A stretch of 59,728 bases of DNA, the filler included, from Nemertoderma westbladi (lineage: Eukaryota > Animalia > Xenacoelomorpha), in NCBI GenBank assembly GCA_032718475.1. It is 3 parts of 3 records of this genome, joined end to end, with 100 filler letters (N's around TTAATTAATTAA, not from the genome) between each part and the next. Parts side by side here need not be neighbours in the genome. Positions count along the whole stretch, not along the records: positions 29,767 to 53,287 come from JAUCBJ010007003.1; positions 53,388 to 59,728 come from JAUCBJ010008560.1; 1 more part is not named here. One strand, given 5' to 3'. A program made the translations under genes and the position numbers. The notes under the pieces are model-generated. The model had not been told where the DNA came from and did no database searches. It saw only the letters and a program-made list of their open reading frames with translations. This document shows, in pieces, positions 49,024 to 59,728 of this stretch; the stretch's first letter is position 1; every line of letters begins with the position of its first letter.

Positions 49024-49980
49024 ATGGCGCCAAAATTATCGGATTACGTCGTTAAGTATGATGGAACTGGTGATCCCTGCTCGTGGATTGCAACGTTTGA
49101 CGATACTTTCAATATTCTCAAAACGGAATCTAAACTAACGGAAGAGAGTCGAGTTACATATTTTCGTCTATCGCTGACGGGAGCAGCTCATGATGTTATA
49201 AATCAGCTGGACGACGAGCAAAAGAATAACTACGATGAAGTTCGTGACCGATTGATCGAGGCGTTTGCTGACAATCCGTATCTAGCGTACGATAAGTTTA
49301 AAAGTCGGATATTAAAGAGTGATGAGTCTGCTGATGCGTTTCTAGCAGATTTGTGGAGGTTGCTATCACTAATTACAAAGGATATAGATAGTCAATGTGC
49401 ACAGGATATGTTAACGGCTCAGTTTGCGAATGGTTTACCTGAGAGCGTTAGGTCAGAAGTTAAAGCAATGGCGAGCAGGAGAAATTGGACGGATTTATTG
49501 CAACAAGCTCGGCGTATACTGTCAGAGAGAGCCGGAAGTGGAAGAGATGGGATTGGGATTGGAGCTGCCGGTTTTGGGATTGGAGCTGCTGGTTTTCGTG
49601 GTGGGCCACACAGGGGAAGGGGATTTCGTCCCATTGTAAATAGCGGTGGTGTTGGTAGTAATGTTCAGTGTTACCGTTGTGGAACGTGGGGCCACTTGGC
49701 TCGGAATTGTTCAGTAGCTGATAGAGGTGGCACCGGTAATGATCGTTATGATGGTTTTCAAGCTAGAAATAGTGGAAATGTCATCAGGTGTCACAACTGT
49801 GGAATGGAGGGTCATATTGCGAGAGGATGCCGTAACAGTACGAGACAAGGGTATACGAATGCGGTCTCCGGTAGCAATAATGCTTTGGCGGCATCATCGT
49901 GGCGGCAACCTTCGGGAAACGGAATGGGGGATTCATCGCAGCCAATGGATGTTTCCCCCACAATGGGAATCTCCCATTAG
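49024..49980 (+). CDS. gag: Gag with two CCHC zinc knuckles
   Basis: CYRCGTWGHLARNC and CHNCGMEGHIARGC, with a capsid-like N-terminus. Confidence 0.95.
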   Translation: MAPKLSDYVVKYDGTGDPCSWIATFDDTFNILKTESKLTEESRVTYFRLSLTGAAHDVINQLDDEQKNNYDEVRDRLIEAFADNPYLAYDKFKSRILKSDESADAFLADLWRLLSLITKDIDSQCAQDMLTAQFANGLPESVRSEVKAMASRRNWTDLLQQARRILSERAGSGRDGIGIGAAGFGIGAAGFRGGPHRGRGFRPIVNSGGVGSNVQCYRCGTWGHLARNCSVADRGGTGNDRYDGFQARNSGNVIRCHNCGMEGHIARGCRNSTRQGYTNAVSGSNNALAASSWRQPSGNGMGDSSQPMDVSPTMGISH

Positions 49981-52900
49981 TTGGCATTCAACTTGAAGGA
50001 ATGAATATAGTCATTCCCGCATTGGTTGACACTGGCTGCTCGAGATGTTTAGTGTCAAAACTATGGTGTCAACAAAATGGAATAGAAGTGAAAAAATGTA
50101 TTAGATCATCTGAAATTACGATGTTAGACGGTGAATCGCATTGTGGAGTGATAGGAGAGGTTGAATTAACATTCGTTGCCATTAATTCAATTGAATTCCT
50201 TTTTACATGGCCAGTATTGGTGGTAGAAAAATTGTTGGGTGAAGGGGCAGTAATGTTAGGAATCGATGTGGTCCGACATATTGGATCTGAAACGTTGTCT
50301 CCAATCATATTTGGTTGTGTAGGGGCTGAGGTTAAACAGCTAGATATTGAAGAGAAGGAACAAGTCAATATCGAAGTATCACTAACTAAGAAAATAGCAC
50401 CCAATCAGTCCGATATTATTATAGAAGATTCAGACTTTCGCGTAGTATATGATGGAAAAAATTGGACTGCAGAGTGGAAGTGGAAAGACGGAACGCCACC
50501 TCAGCTTAATAATCGAATGACTGAGTATCGCATACGACCAGAGCACACCGAATTATATAAAGCTGCTATGGAAGAGTGGATCGAGCGAGAATGGATAGTT
50601 CCATACTCTCCGGAAATTCATGGAGAAGTCAAGGGAACCATCCCAATCATGGCAAAATATGAGGAGAAAAAACAACGAATAAGGCCGATCTTAGATTATA
50701 GAGAACTGAATTCTCATGTCGTCAATGCACCTGGTCGTGAAGCTGCTGCCTGCAATGAAAAATTAAGAGTCTGGCGGAGGATGGGAGAACAAACCGCTGT
50801 AATCGATCTTCGTTGGGCATATATGCAAATTCATATTAAAGAAGAACTACGATCATACCAAACTGTTGTATATGAAGGAAAGCGATATGTCGTTACTAGG
50901 ATGGGATTTGGGTTGGGTCCTGGTCCAAAGATTATGGACCGTATTGTTGAAGGAGTTTTAAAGAAAGATGAAAAGGTTCAAAGTTCCACAGATAACTTCA
51001 GAGACGATGTATATGTAAACACGAATAAAATACCTACAGAGGCTGTAAGGGGTCACCTGAAAGATTATGGGTTAATTTCAAAAGACGCTGAACCAGTAAT
51101 AAATGGATGTAAGGTTCTCGGTCTAGAAATTTGTGGAAATGAACAAAACAATAAATTGTATTGGAGACGGAGTCAAAAGTTACCAGAAGTTCCAGAAAAA
51201 ACCACTAGGAGAGAGTTACATTCGATATGTGGACAGCTTCGGGGACACTATCCTGTGGGAGGATGGTTAAGACCAGCATGTGCATGGTTACAACACTGTA
51301 GTGCGGGCGTAACATGGGACAGTTATATAGGCGATGGTTTACAACAATTGGTTAATGAAACGATCGATAATGTATGTCACAATGATCCTGTAAAAGGAGA
51401 GTGGGTTGTTCGTACTACAGATCACGCAGATATATGGACTGACGCCAGCTCAATTGCAAAGGGAGCATTGATAAAGATAGACGGAGTTGTAGTTGAAGAC
51501 AGATCATGGCTTCGCAAAGAAAGTGACAACCAACACATAAATGTATCAGAACTAGATGCGGTTATTGAGGGAATTAACATGGCAGTGGATTGGAACATAA
51601 AAGTAGTTAATCTCTTTATTGATTCATCAACCGTGTATAGCTGGGTGAATGCTGTTATTTTCGACACACACAGAATTCGAACTAAAGGTCAGGCGAGAAA
51701 GCTCATTGAGCGTCGATTGGATATACTGAGCGAGATCATAGTAGAATATAAATTAAAAATCCGACCGCATCGGGTTGAATCAGCGAAAAATTTATCGGAC
51801 ACGTTAACTAGAATTCCATCACATTGGTTGAAATTTGGCCGTGATAAGGATGTAAAAGAAACCAATAATGATGCATTCGCTGCAATGGGAGATATACAGG
51901 AATTGAATGTAAACAATCGTCAGCGTGTTACATATTTACACAAATTAGCGCACCAAGGTGTAGACAGAACCATGCAGTTATGTAACGTTGATAGAGAATT
52001 AAATTCTAGAACTGTGCCAAAGAAGTTAGTGAATGAAATATGCACAGAATGTGATCAATGCAATAGCATAGACCCTAATCCTGTTTTTGTAGAAAAAGGG
52101 ACCACGAAAGTTGACGAACCCTGGTATAGAAATTCGATTGACTTCACAGAGTATAATCAACGAAAATACTTAACAATACTGGACTGTGGGTCAAATTATG
52201 CATTGTGTCGTGGGGCTAAGGATGAAACGGCTGCAACTGTAATTGCACAACTTCAACAGATTTTTTGCGAGATGGGACCACCCCATGAAGTTCTCTGTGA
52301 TAATGGTCCTGCTTTTAGAAGCACTGAATTCGATATATTTTTACGAAAATGGGAAGTGAAACGGATCCCTTCATGCGCCTACCGTCCGAAAGGGAATCCT
52401 GTAGAACGCATGCATCGGACAATCAAACGATGGTCGGCAAGATCCGGAAAAGAATTGGAACAATCCTGTTTCTGGTACAATAACACTTGTGGAAGGAGTG
52501 AAGAGCAAACTCCAGCTCAGAAGCTCTTTGGTGGATTGTCAAAACGAAAGATGAAGCTACCTAGTGTGACAGAAATATCGCAACCCAAAGAAGATGTCGA
52601 TTGTAGGTCAAGCGGAAATATAAAAGTTGGGGACTACGTATTCGTGAAACCAGATTCACATGTGAAATGCACCGTGAGATGGAAGGGACCTCATAGAGTC
52701 GATCAAGTACAGGAACGTTCAGTGATAGTGAAAGGAATACGCCGACACCTTCAAGATGTTAGAAAGTCGATGAAAGTTTCGCATGCAGAAAATCAGGTTG
52801 AGTCAGCATTAAATACGAATAATGAAATTGAAAGGGTAATTGATATCGAATCGGAAACGGAGGTTGATAGTACAGATGATGAAACATCATACGATGAAAT

Positions 52901-53012
52901 AGACCCTACAGATGATGAAGATGAGATACCAATAGGGGTTGCTCCACCCACGGTCGTTACGCGTTCAGGCCGAATGTCTAGGCCCCCAAAGCGATATGGA
53001 TTTGAAAACTAA
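49899..53012 (+). CDS. pol: Pol (protease-RT-RNase H-integrase), in the -1 frame relative to gag
   Basis: ALVDTG, ILDYRELN, IDLRWAYMQ, MGFGL, FRDD, WTDAS, HHCC, IDFTE, CDNGPAF and VERMHRTIK, in Gypsy domain order. Confidence 0.95.
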   Translation: MAATFGKRNGGFIAANGCFPHNGNLPLVGIQLEGMNIVIPALVDTGCSRCLVSKLWCQQNGIEVKKCIRSSEITMLDGESHCGVIGEVELTFVAINSIEFLFTWPVLVVEKLLGEGAVMLGIDVVRHIGSETLSPIIFGCVGAEVKQLDIEEKEQVNIEVSLTKKIAPNQSDIIIEDSDFRVVYDGKNWTAEWKWKDGTPPQLNNRMTEYRIRPEHTELYKAAMEEWIEREWIVPYSPEIHGEVKGTIPIMAKYEEKKQRIRPILDYRELNSHVVNAPGREAAACNEKLRVWRRMGEQTAVIDLRWAYMQIHIKEELRSYQTVVYEGKRYVVTRMGFGLGPGPKIMDRIVEGVLKKDEKVQSSTDNFRDDVYVNTNKIPTEAVRGHLKDYGLISKDAEPVINGCKVLGLEICGNEQNNKLYWRRSQKLPEVPEKTTRRELHSICGQLRGHYPVGGWLRPACAWLQHCSAGVTWDSYIGDGLQQLVNETIDNVCHNDPVKGEWVVRTTDHADIWTDASSIAKGALIKIDGVVVEDRSWLRKESDNQHINVSELDAVIEGINMAVDWNIKVVNLFIDSSTVYSWVNAVIFDTHRIRTKGQARKLIERRLDILSEIIVEYKLKIRPHRVESAKNLSDTLTRIPSHWLKFGRDKDVKETNNDAFAAMGDIQELNVNNRQRVTYLHKLAHQGVDRTMQLCNVDRELNSRTVPKKLVNEICTECDQCNSIDPNPVFVEKGTTKVDEPWYRNSIDFTEYNQRKYLTILDCGSNYALCRGAKDETAATVIAQLQQIFCEMGPPHEVLCDNGPAFRSTEFDIFLRKWEVKRIPSCAYRPKGNPVERMHRTIKRWSARSGKELEQSCFWYNNTCGRSEEQTPAQKLFGGLSKRKMKLPSVTEISQPKEDVDCRSSGNIKVGDYVFVKPDSHVKCTVRWKGPHRVDQVQERSVIVKGIRRHLQDVRKSMKVSHAENQVESALNTNNEIERVIDIESETEVDSTDDETSYDEIDPTDDEDEIPIGVAPPTVVTRSGRMSRPPKRYGFEN
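49914..49978 (+). promoter_or_regulatory. -1 ribosomal frameshift signal
   Basis: G GGA AAC in the gag frame (49914-49920), followed by atgggggattc...gaatctcccat pairing potential. Confidence 0.8.
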
Positions 53013-53287
53013 AAAGTTTATAAAACTGTGGGAGGTGTTGGGAAATTGTGTGAGACATATAGTAGGCCATGCCACTGGGATAGTACGGTAGTACAAGAAA
53101 GGAAAAACTACAGTACAGTACTAGTGTTGCTGTATCAGGTGTAGGCCTACCGGTTGGACAGGTACGGTAGGTAGGAGGTTGTGCAGTTGTCAGTTGTGTT
53201 AGGTCTGTGTGCAGTTCTGTAACTTGACTGTCAGCTATTATACTATATTATTGAGTTACTGGATTATCTATAACTGTTTATATATCT

Positions 53288-53387
53288 NNNNNNNNNNNNN
53301 NNNNNNNNNNNNNNNNNNNNNNNNNNNNNNNTTAATTAATTAANNNNNNNNNNNNNNNNNNNNNNNNNNNNNNNNNNNNNNNNNNNN
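53288..53387. other. Assembly gap with TTAATTAATTAA spacer
   Basis: N-run with central linker. Confidence 0.95.
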
Positions 53388-54492
53388 GGTCCCATCTATA
53401 CTGGGTTCCATTTGCGATTCAGGCCTTAGGGATATACTAGATCTGCCAGTGCACTATGGTGGTCTCGGGATTACAAATCCTACTTCTTCTGCGACTCTTC
53501 AATTTGACAACTCTTGTGCTGTAACTAAACAGCACAAAACATGTATACAGAAACAGAGTATGTTCCTTGAACACTGATCTTCAGAGGCTCAGAAAGCCAT
53601 AACTTCGGTAGTTCGAACCAGAACTATACAGCTTTGGAACACCAATGCAGCCATCATCAAGGACTCTTGTGATCCACTAATGGCACATGCTCTTGACCAT
53701 GCATCGTGCCCGGGCACTTCATCATGGTTGACCGCTCTTCCATTAGAGTGTGAAGGTTTTGCCCTAAACAAATCCGATTTTCGAGATGTAATTGCACTAA
53801 GATACAACCTCCCTATATTTGGCATGCCATCCTCCTGTGTCTGTTCTGCCTCTTTTACACCCGACCATGCCTTATCTTGCAAGAAAGGCGGCTTTATTGC
53901 ATTACGCCACAATGAAGTTCGCGATCTGCTGGCCAATCTCTTGCATGAGGTCTGTACGGATGTAGCATTGGAGCCAAAACTGCAACCCATAATGGGTGAG
54001 GTCCTATTCCCAGGTTCAGCTAACACATCCAGTGAAGCTCGTCTGGATATTTCGGCAAAGGGGTTTTGGGGATGCTTCTCCAAATCTTTTTTCGATGTTC
54101 GTGTATTTCACCCGAATGCAACATCATATATCTCCTCTCCTATAGACTCTATTCTTAAGAGCCACGAAGGGGAGAAGCGCCAGTCCTACAATGATAGAAT
54201 TATAAATGTCGAGCGTGCCTCCTTTACCCCTTTAGTGTTTTCGACTGGTGGTCCAGCAGGGCCAGAGTGCAGCCGTTTCATGGCACATCTGCCAGGTCTC
54301 CTTTCGGAGAAGAGAGGCTCCACTTATGCAGCTGTATTGCGCTGGCTGCGTTGCAGGATCTCATTTAGTCTGGTGAGATCAGCAGGCATATGTCTGAGAG
54401 GACATAGATCTCTTCAAGCTATGCCACCATCTTCTATTGATGACCCGCGGCTTATTCCAGATCTGGGCCCCCATCATAATCTTCACCATTAA
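53388..54492 (+). mobile_element. 3' part of an RLE-type non-LTR retrotransposon (CRE-like)
   Basis: CVC..DHALSC zinc finger, RHNEVRD, ARLDI..GFW...FFDVRV, HE.EK..Y and FTPLVFST.G form a restriction-like endonuclease. Confidence 0.88.
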
Positions 54493-55445
54493 AGCGCCCC
54501 TTTTTACGTAACTCATTTTTTGTTCTTTCTTTTGATATGTTATTGTATTGCACGTTCCCACATTCTACCTTTTTACTTTAAACTCGTTATTGGATCCATC
54601 ATTATTGCTTCATTTACTTCATTGCGGTATACAGTATTACAGTAGTTGAATTACTTTATTATTATTTTATACGGTCCTAATAATTATTTGACTGTTAATT
54701 TACTTTAAATTTATCCTAGGCCTATATTGTTTTAGAGGTATACCAAATGTAAGGTTAGCCTTTAATCAGTTAATTGCAATTTTCCCGATTGAGTGCTAAA
54801 AATATCATTACAAAAAAGTATGTCAGTGAGTGGGATTTTAACTCGGTACTTCGCCTAATAGTAGGCCTAATCATATGTTACATATTATAAAATAAGGCAA
54901 ACCACAGTTTTGCAAATTGTCTTATATCCTAGGCCTATAATACCATATGTAATAGGCAGGCCCTACATCAGATTCATTATCTGATTATATTTAATTTCTT
55001 TCCGCATTGTGCAATGTTCTGATGGTGCTTCTACCGATCTACCGTAGTAATTTGCAATTTGTGCCGAATATTCGTCAACTCAAATTTTAAAATTCGGCCG
55101 GAACCGAATATGCCATATTTCGGTACCGAACCGAATGATTCGGTTGATCCCTAGTGCCAAGGGCGGGAACTGACCATGTGCATGTGGGAATAATTCCTGT
55201 CATCCCCAACCAAATCAAAATTTCGGTATCTATCGAAGTTTTGGGCTGTTCAGCTGTTGGGCCCATTTGATAACATCTGATGTGCGAACTGAGTTGAAAT
55301 TCTGAAAAAGGTTTTTTTGTACCACCGAACACCCTACTGCCCTAATCAGCTAATATCACATTACACTAGGATGGCTAAAACGTCTGTCCTTATCTGATCT
55401 GATCTGATCTGACGGTATCTGACTCTTGTTCCACCTTGGTTCAGA

Positions 55446-55740
55446 GCGGACCTTGGTGTAGTGGTTATATTGAATTCACATCTCACGGAGTTTGTGGGTT
55501 CAACCCCGGCATGGGGGCCAACTGGCCAAGGTAGTTTTCGTTTCGGCACGAATGTTTTGAAGGGTTTAGCGAGGCATCTCTGCCTTGCATCCTTAAATGG
55601 TAGCTAAATGAGTACTGGACTTTCTGCCTATGTCAGCATGTGAAGTTTCCCCGGTATTCCCCTTAAACCCGGGGGGGGGGGGGGGGTCAATATAATACCT
55701 CCCGCTCTGTGAAACTAACGATAACTAACTGAAACGAACT
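55446..55740 (+). mobile_element. tRNA-derived SINE
   Basis: A-box tggtgtagtgg and B-box ggttcaacccc followed by a non-tRNA body. No complete cloverleaf. Confidence 0.55.
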
Positions 55741-56021
55741 AAAGGGAATTCAAATAAAATAAGCTAGAAGTTTTAAATTTGTTTTTAGCGGCTGGTTCCA
55801 AATTTTGGTGCCGGCCCATGTGAAGAATACCGTCCATGTGAAGAATACCAGGATTTCACTTTTCGGTCGACTTTTATTGGAATTTTATATTTGAAGATTT
55901 TAATTCTTTTTTAATTTATCTTTATTGAGTGTATTATAGAGCTTATTTATGTCTTATAACCTGCACATATACTAATTCGTTTATTGTTTTGGTTATATTC
56001 AGCCCTTCTGTAACACGGGGG

Positions 56022-56645
56022 TAGATAGATAGATAGATTTATTTATACATTATGTAAAAACAATAACAAATACACAAACAATGTACCGGTATAAAGGTAT
56101 TGTCCAACATAACATGTAGGATTACCCCTAAAGCTTTGCAGCTTATTTCCAAGGGGGTCCTTTATGTTACTTGGTTACAAATACAATATTACACTACGCT
56201 AACCTAAAACCAATATAAACGTAATTACACTATGTACATGTACAACTTTACCGAGAGCGTGACAATGTCCGACTCAACGATAAAGATGTAATGTACAGAA
56301 CAATTTATTATAAAACGTAATTACAGTATAAATAGTAAATAATTAATAAACTAATAACTTACTGTAGGACTATTGTACCTATTTTTACATTGCACACGGA
56401 GGTGAGATTTAACTGCAGATTTAAAAGAATGTTGATTATTTAGGTTTTTAATTTCATTAGGCAGAGCGTTCCAATTGTTAATGCCGTTAAAAAAGAAAGT
56501 ATCAGATTCGAAGGATTTACAATTCGGGAGGTAGAAGTTTGAAGCACTAGCTCTGGTACTGTAAGAGTGTGTATCGCGTACTCTGTTGAATTTTTGTTTT
56601 AGGTAATTGGGACATTTACCATTATACACTTTATGCACATGAAGG
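56022..56645 (-). mobile_element. 3' fragment of a CR1-group LINE (Crack/Daphne-like)
   Basis: P.YL..F..V...HSYSTR...TFFFNG..WNALP.EIK...SFK..VK.HL. The 3' UTR ends aataa(atct)n. Confidence 0.8.
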
Positions 56646-57324
56646 CGTTAATTGTTTAATTTAATTAATGTTTAATTGTTAAAACTGCTGGGTTGGATTT
56701 ATTGATTAAAATACGAATTTCGGAAAGTTTGGGAAGCAGAGATCGTGCGTTTAAATGCAAAAAATGCAGACCTTTTTTCTTAAAAAATTTTAAAGTTTCA
56801 CTCTCAGCATCACTTGGTGCTTGGAGTTTGCAGAGGGGATGTGAGGAATGAATCGTCGGTTTCTTATTCTAGTATCATGAAAGGGAAGTTCGGTGAAAAT
56901 ACAGCTATTGCAGATAAAACTCGGTTCAAGATTGTTTCTGGTGGAGAATAAATTACTGCTTTTCCTACGGTCTGACGATAACATTTTAAATGTACAAATG
57001 TGACTGTTAGAAACCCTCCCTTAGACTGTTAGATGCATACCGGTATGCCTGTACTGCTCTGCTACTTCATATGATGATAATACGTAACAGGCAACCTGAA
57101 ACGTGATCCCCTATTCAGCTATTGGCTATTTACCTAACAGACAGTTAGGTAAATATTATATATCTTTCTCCTGATTGGTTATAGAATCAGATGCTGTCAG
57201 ATCAGATCAGATCAGATAAGGCAGTAAGGACAGACGTTTTATTCTACCTTTACACCATTACTGCATTAGGCCTACAGTATTATTACTGTATTATCCAGTT
57301 ATCTGATTATAGCGAAACAGAGTT

Positions 57325-58377
57325 ATGGATCAGCAAAGCGACCACAGACTTTATATAACCGGAGTTCCTCTCGATGTTAATGAGGATGGGATAAGAAACA
57401 TATTCGGTAAGTGTGGAGAGATACAATACTGTCGTATGCTAAACAAAAAGGAAGGAAAACAAAACCAGGTGGCCTTCGTTGGCTACGGAACCTTTAGGGA
57501 AGCTGAGAGCGCCATCTTACAGTTTAATAACTTCAAGATAGGGAATAATTTACTCCATGTGGAGATGGCGAAGGCCAAGATTCCGAACTCGTATAACGGG
57601 CCGTCTAGCGACGGGGGATTCTGTAGAGGCGCTACGAACGGCATGGGGTGCGGACCCGGACGTGGCGCGTTCCCGTCACGCCCGGCTGCAGGGGGCACCT
57701 TCCATGGGGCGGGGGACCCAGGGGGGGCTGGAGTCCCCTGGTCTCTCGATAAACCCCCGTTTAACCGCGGTGGAGACAGCTCTGATTCCGAGACGCACCG
57801 CAAGGAGAACCGCGACCCCAACTCTCGCGACCAACTCCGCTCCGCCATGCTCGGTCTGCTGAGTCCCTCTGGGGGACGTCCGCGCAACCCCAAGGTCCCC
57901 TCCACCTGCTTCACCGTCGGGGAGACCATTTCCGCTGTCTGCATGCACGTCGCCAATGCATCCCAGGTCTGCCTCGTCTCCTCTAACCACATGGAGGACT
58001 TCCAGACGATCACTGCGGCTATGGAGTCCTACTCCTATAAACCGGGTTCCTTTACCTCGGGCGACTTCTGCGTCGGTTTGAACGTCTCGGATAAGGGTTG
58101 GTACCGGTGTTTGCTAACCTCCCCCGGTCCGGCCCCGCCTAACACCGCCGGTGAGTCGCAGGCTCTGTTTATCGATTACGGCGACACCGGCAGTGTATCG
58201 CAATGCGGTGTGCTCCCGAGCTCAGTGGTTAACCTGAGCGCGACCGCGGTTCTTTGTACCGTCGTCGGGGTTGCCAACAATGAGTGGTTGGAGGCCAATC
58301 TACTGAATAATCAGCTCGTCTGTAAGGTTATCAGCAGCTCAGCTACCGGGACTTCAGTGGAGCTGATAAATAAACAG
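57325..58377 (+). CDS. First coding exon of an RRM plus extended Tudor protein (Vreteno/TDRD10-like architecture)
   Basis: RNP2 LYITGV, RNP1 VAFVGY, Gly-rich linker, Tudor D.GWYRC...FIDYGD. Probable donor CAG|GTTGGT at 58378, where GC content drops. Confidence 0.8.
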
Positions 58378-58469
58378 GTTGGTGTCTTTATAATAATAAT
58401 TAATGGCTTATTAAATGACGTCACCTTTGTCGCTAAATTTACTTAGTTTTCTATTTACTATTTATTTAA

Positions 58470-59237
58470 GGGGACCATTCATTACCCCAAATATATTTAT
58501 TTATTTATAAATCTACTATTCTGAAACTTTTACGCAATGATCTGTGATCTTTTACTATGAAAACTGCAGAAAGGGGGGAAATGACCCCCCCCCCCCCCCT
58601 CCCCTGTCGTGAAACTGTGTTTGGATGGCTTCATAAACCCTTTTGTTCGAAAAATATGGCACTTTTTGTTCAGGTCGGTTTTTTACAAAGTTCATTTTTT
58701 TTCAGTTGAATTTTTCAGTCCAAAACTTTGGCTAATTAGACCTATTATGTGGGCTATCTATCTATCTTCTTTGCATATTTCAGCATAAATTCGTTGTTTT
58801 TGATTAATTTATGCGGGTTTTAGTAAGTTCGGGCTATATTTTGGGAATCAAATATTTTGTGATAGACACAGGGTAGCAGTTACAAAATCTGGTCTAGAAG
58901 ATTCAAATGGCCATGTTTTACAAAACCAATACTCGCGATTGTAGCCCTAAAGCTGCTGAACATTTTGGTATGTGAGTTTGATGAACATTGAGTAAAAATT
59001 AAAAAAGTTGTAGGGAGTTTAGTAATGAAAAGATTCAAAATCAACAAAATGAGAAAAAGGTTGTTTTATACAGAGAGTCATGAATATAAGCCATAAATAC
59101 TGTTGTTGAAAAGTTCTGTTTTGTGGTGAAAAACTTATTCAATGGTGAAATCCGATGTCACCACGTGAGAGCCCTTCTATGAAACCACAAAAATAGAGGA
59201 TTTAGTCACTTCCGTTTGGGGTAATGGAATGGTCCCC
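58470..59237. mobile_element. 768-bp MITE with TTAA target duplication (Kolobok-like)
   Basis: TTAA-ggggaccattcattaccccaaa ... tttggggtaatggaatggtcccc-TTAA. Purine-starting TIRs argue for Kolobok rather than piggyBac. Confidence 0.85.
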
Positions 59238-59728
59238 TTAACTTTAGTTAATTATACATTGTTTAGTCCTCATTATAGGAACATTTCCATTTACCTCTAA
59301 TAATTACCGAACTTTCATGTTAGCTTGACTTTCACTTAAACACATTTGTATATGAGTGGGTAACTTTAGGACTCAAGGACATAGTAGGCCTAGCCATTTA
59401 CTGCGACGCTGTAATACCTGTTATTGTTAATATAGATGAACACTACTTGAACCTCCAGTCGGAAAACTAAGATAGTGCAGAATTTATATTTAAATTGGGG
59501 ATAACAAACATTGTGAATTATTGATATTTATTACATGGGAAATTAACTATAACTTTTTTTCACTCTTCTCGAGGCACTTTATTTACCGACCGTCCGTCAC
59601 CGAGGTTAATAAAGGGTCAAGAGAATATTGAAAAATAAATGTTTACGTTTTTTTTCCATCTTAAATTGATACTTTTTTGTTACTTAATTCTTTAATAAAA
59701 CTTACAGCGATATAGTAGCGGTAACCGT

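Larger units (their letters stand above)
48723..53287 (+). mobile_element. Young, apparently intact Ty3/Gypsy LTR retrotransposon
   Basis: 5' LTR 48723-48980 (TGTTG...CAACA). The 3' LTR starts at 53036, is cut by the gap, and is identical by eye. Purine-rich tract gtgggagg. Open gag and pol. Confidence 0.97.
55376..57241. mobile_element. Possible TIR element with TA flanks hosting nested insertions
   Basis: taaaacgtctgtcctta..(tctga)n at 55376-55426 is inverted at 57183-57241. Confidence 0.45.

Noticed and set aside
55446-55520. tRNA gene
   Set aside because: A and B boxes are present but there is no proper cloverleaf. More consistent with a SINE head.

Overview
AT-rich metazoan (probably invertebrate) genomic scaffold with two N-gaps. 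Nested mobile elements dominate it. (1) 3101-~13825 is a decayed Polinton/Maverick (adintovirus-like) module, all on the minus strand: RING protein, A32/FtsK packaging ATPase, small basic protein, rve integrase, two minor capsids, core protein and major capsid. It carries a Helentron-type insert in the major capsid and an L2 LINE in the integrase, with an LTR element just past the capsid stop and an RTEX-like LINE cutting the RING gene. No pPolB or protease is visible. (2) Two related ~1.2-kb LTRs (1936-3100 minus, 30308-31507 plus). The primer-binding position of the first is complementary to the LTR itself, suggesting self-priming. (3) An apparently intact RTEX-like LINE whose ORF1 and ORF2 are in frame, separated by a single TGA. 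(4) A tandem C2H2 zinc-finger gene family: one complete two-exon copy and two partial copies. (5) Degenerate Gypsy pol and MULE transposase, a ~9.7-kb inverted repeat built around a 32-bp satellite, and a young intact Gypsy with a -1 frameshift signal. (6) CRE-like and CR1-group LINE fragments, a SINE, MITEs, and the first exon of an RRM+Tudor gene. All calls come from reading motifs by eye; no database searches were run.
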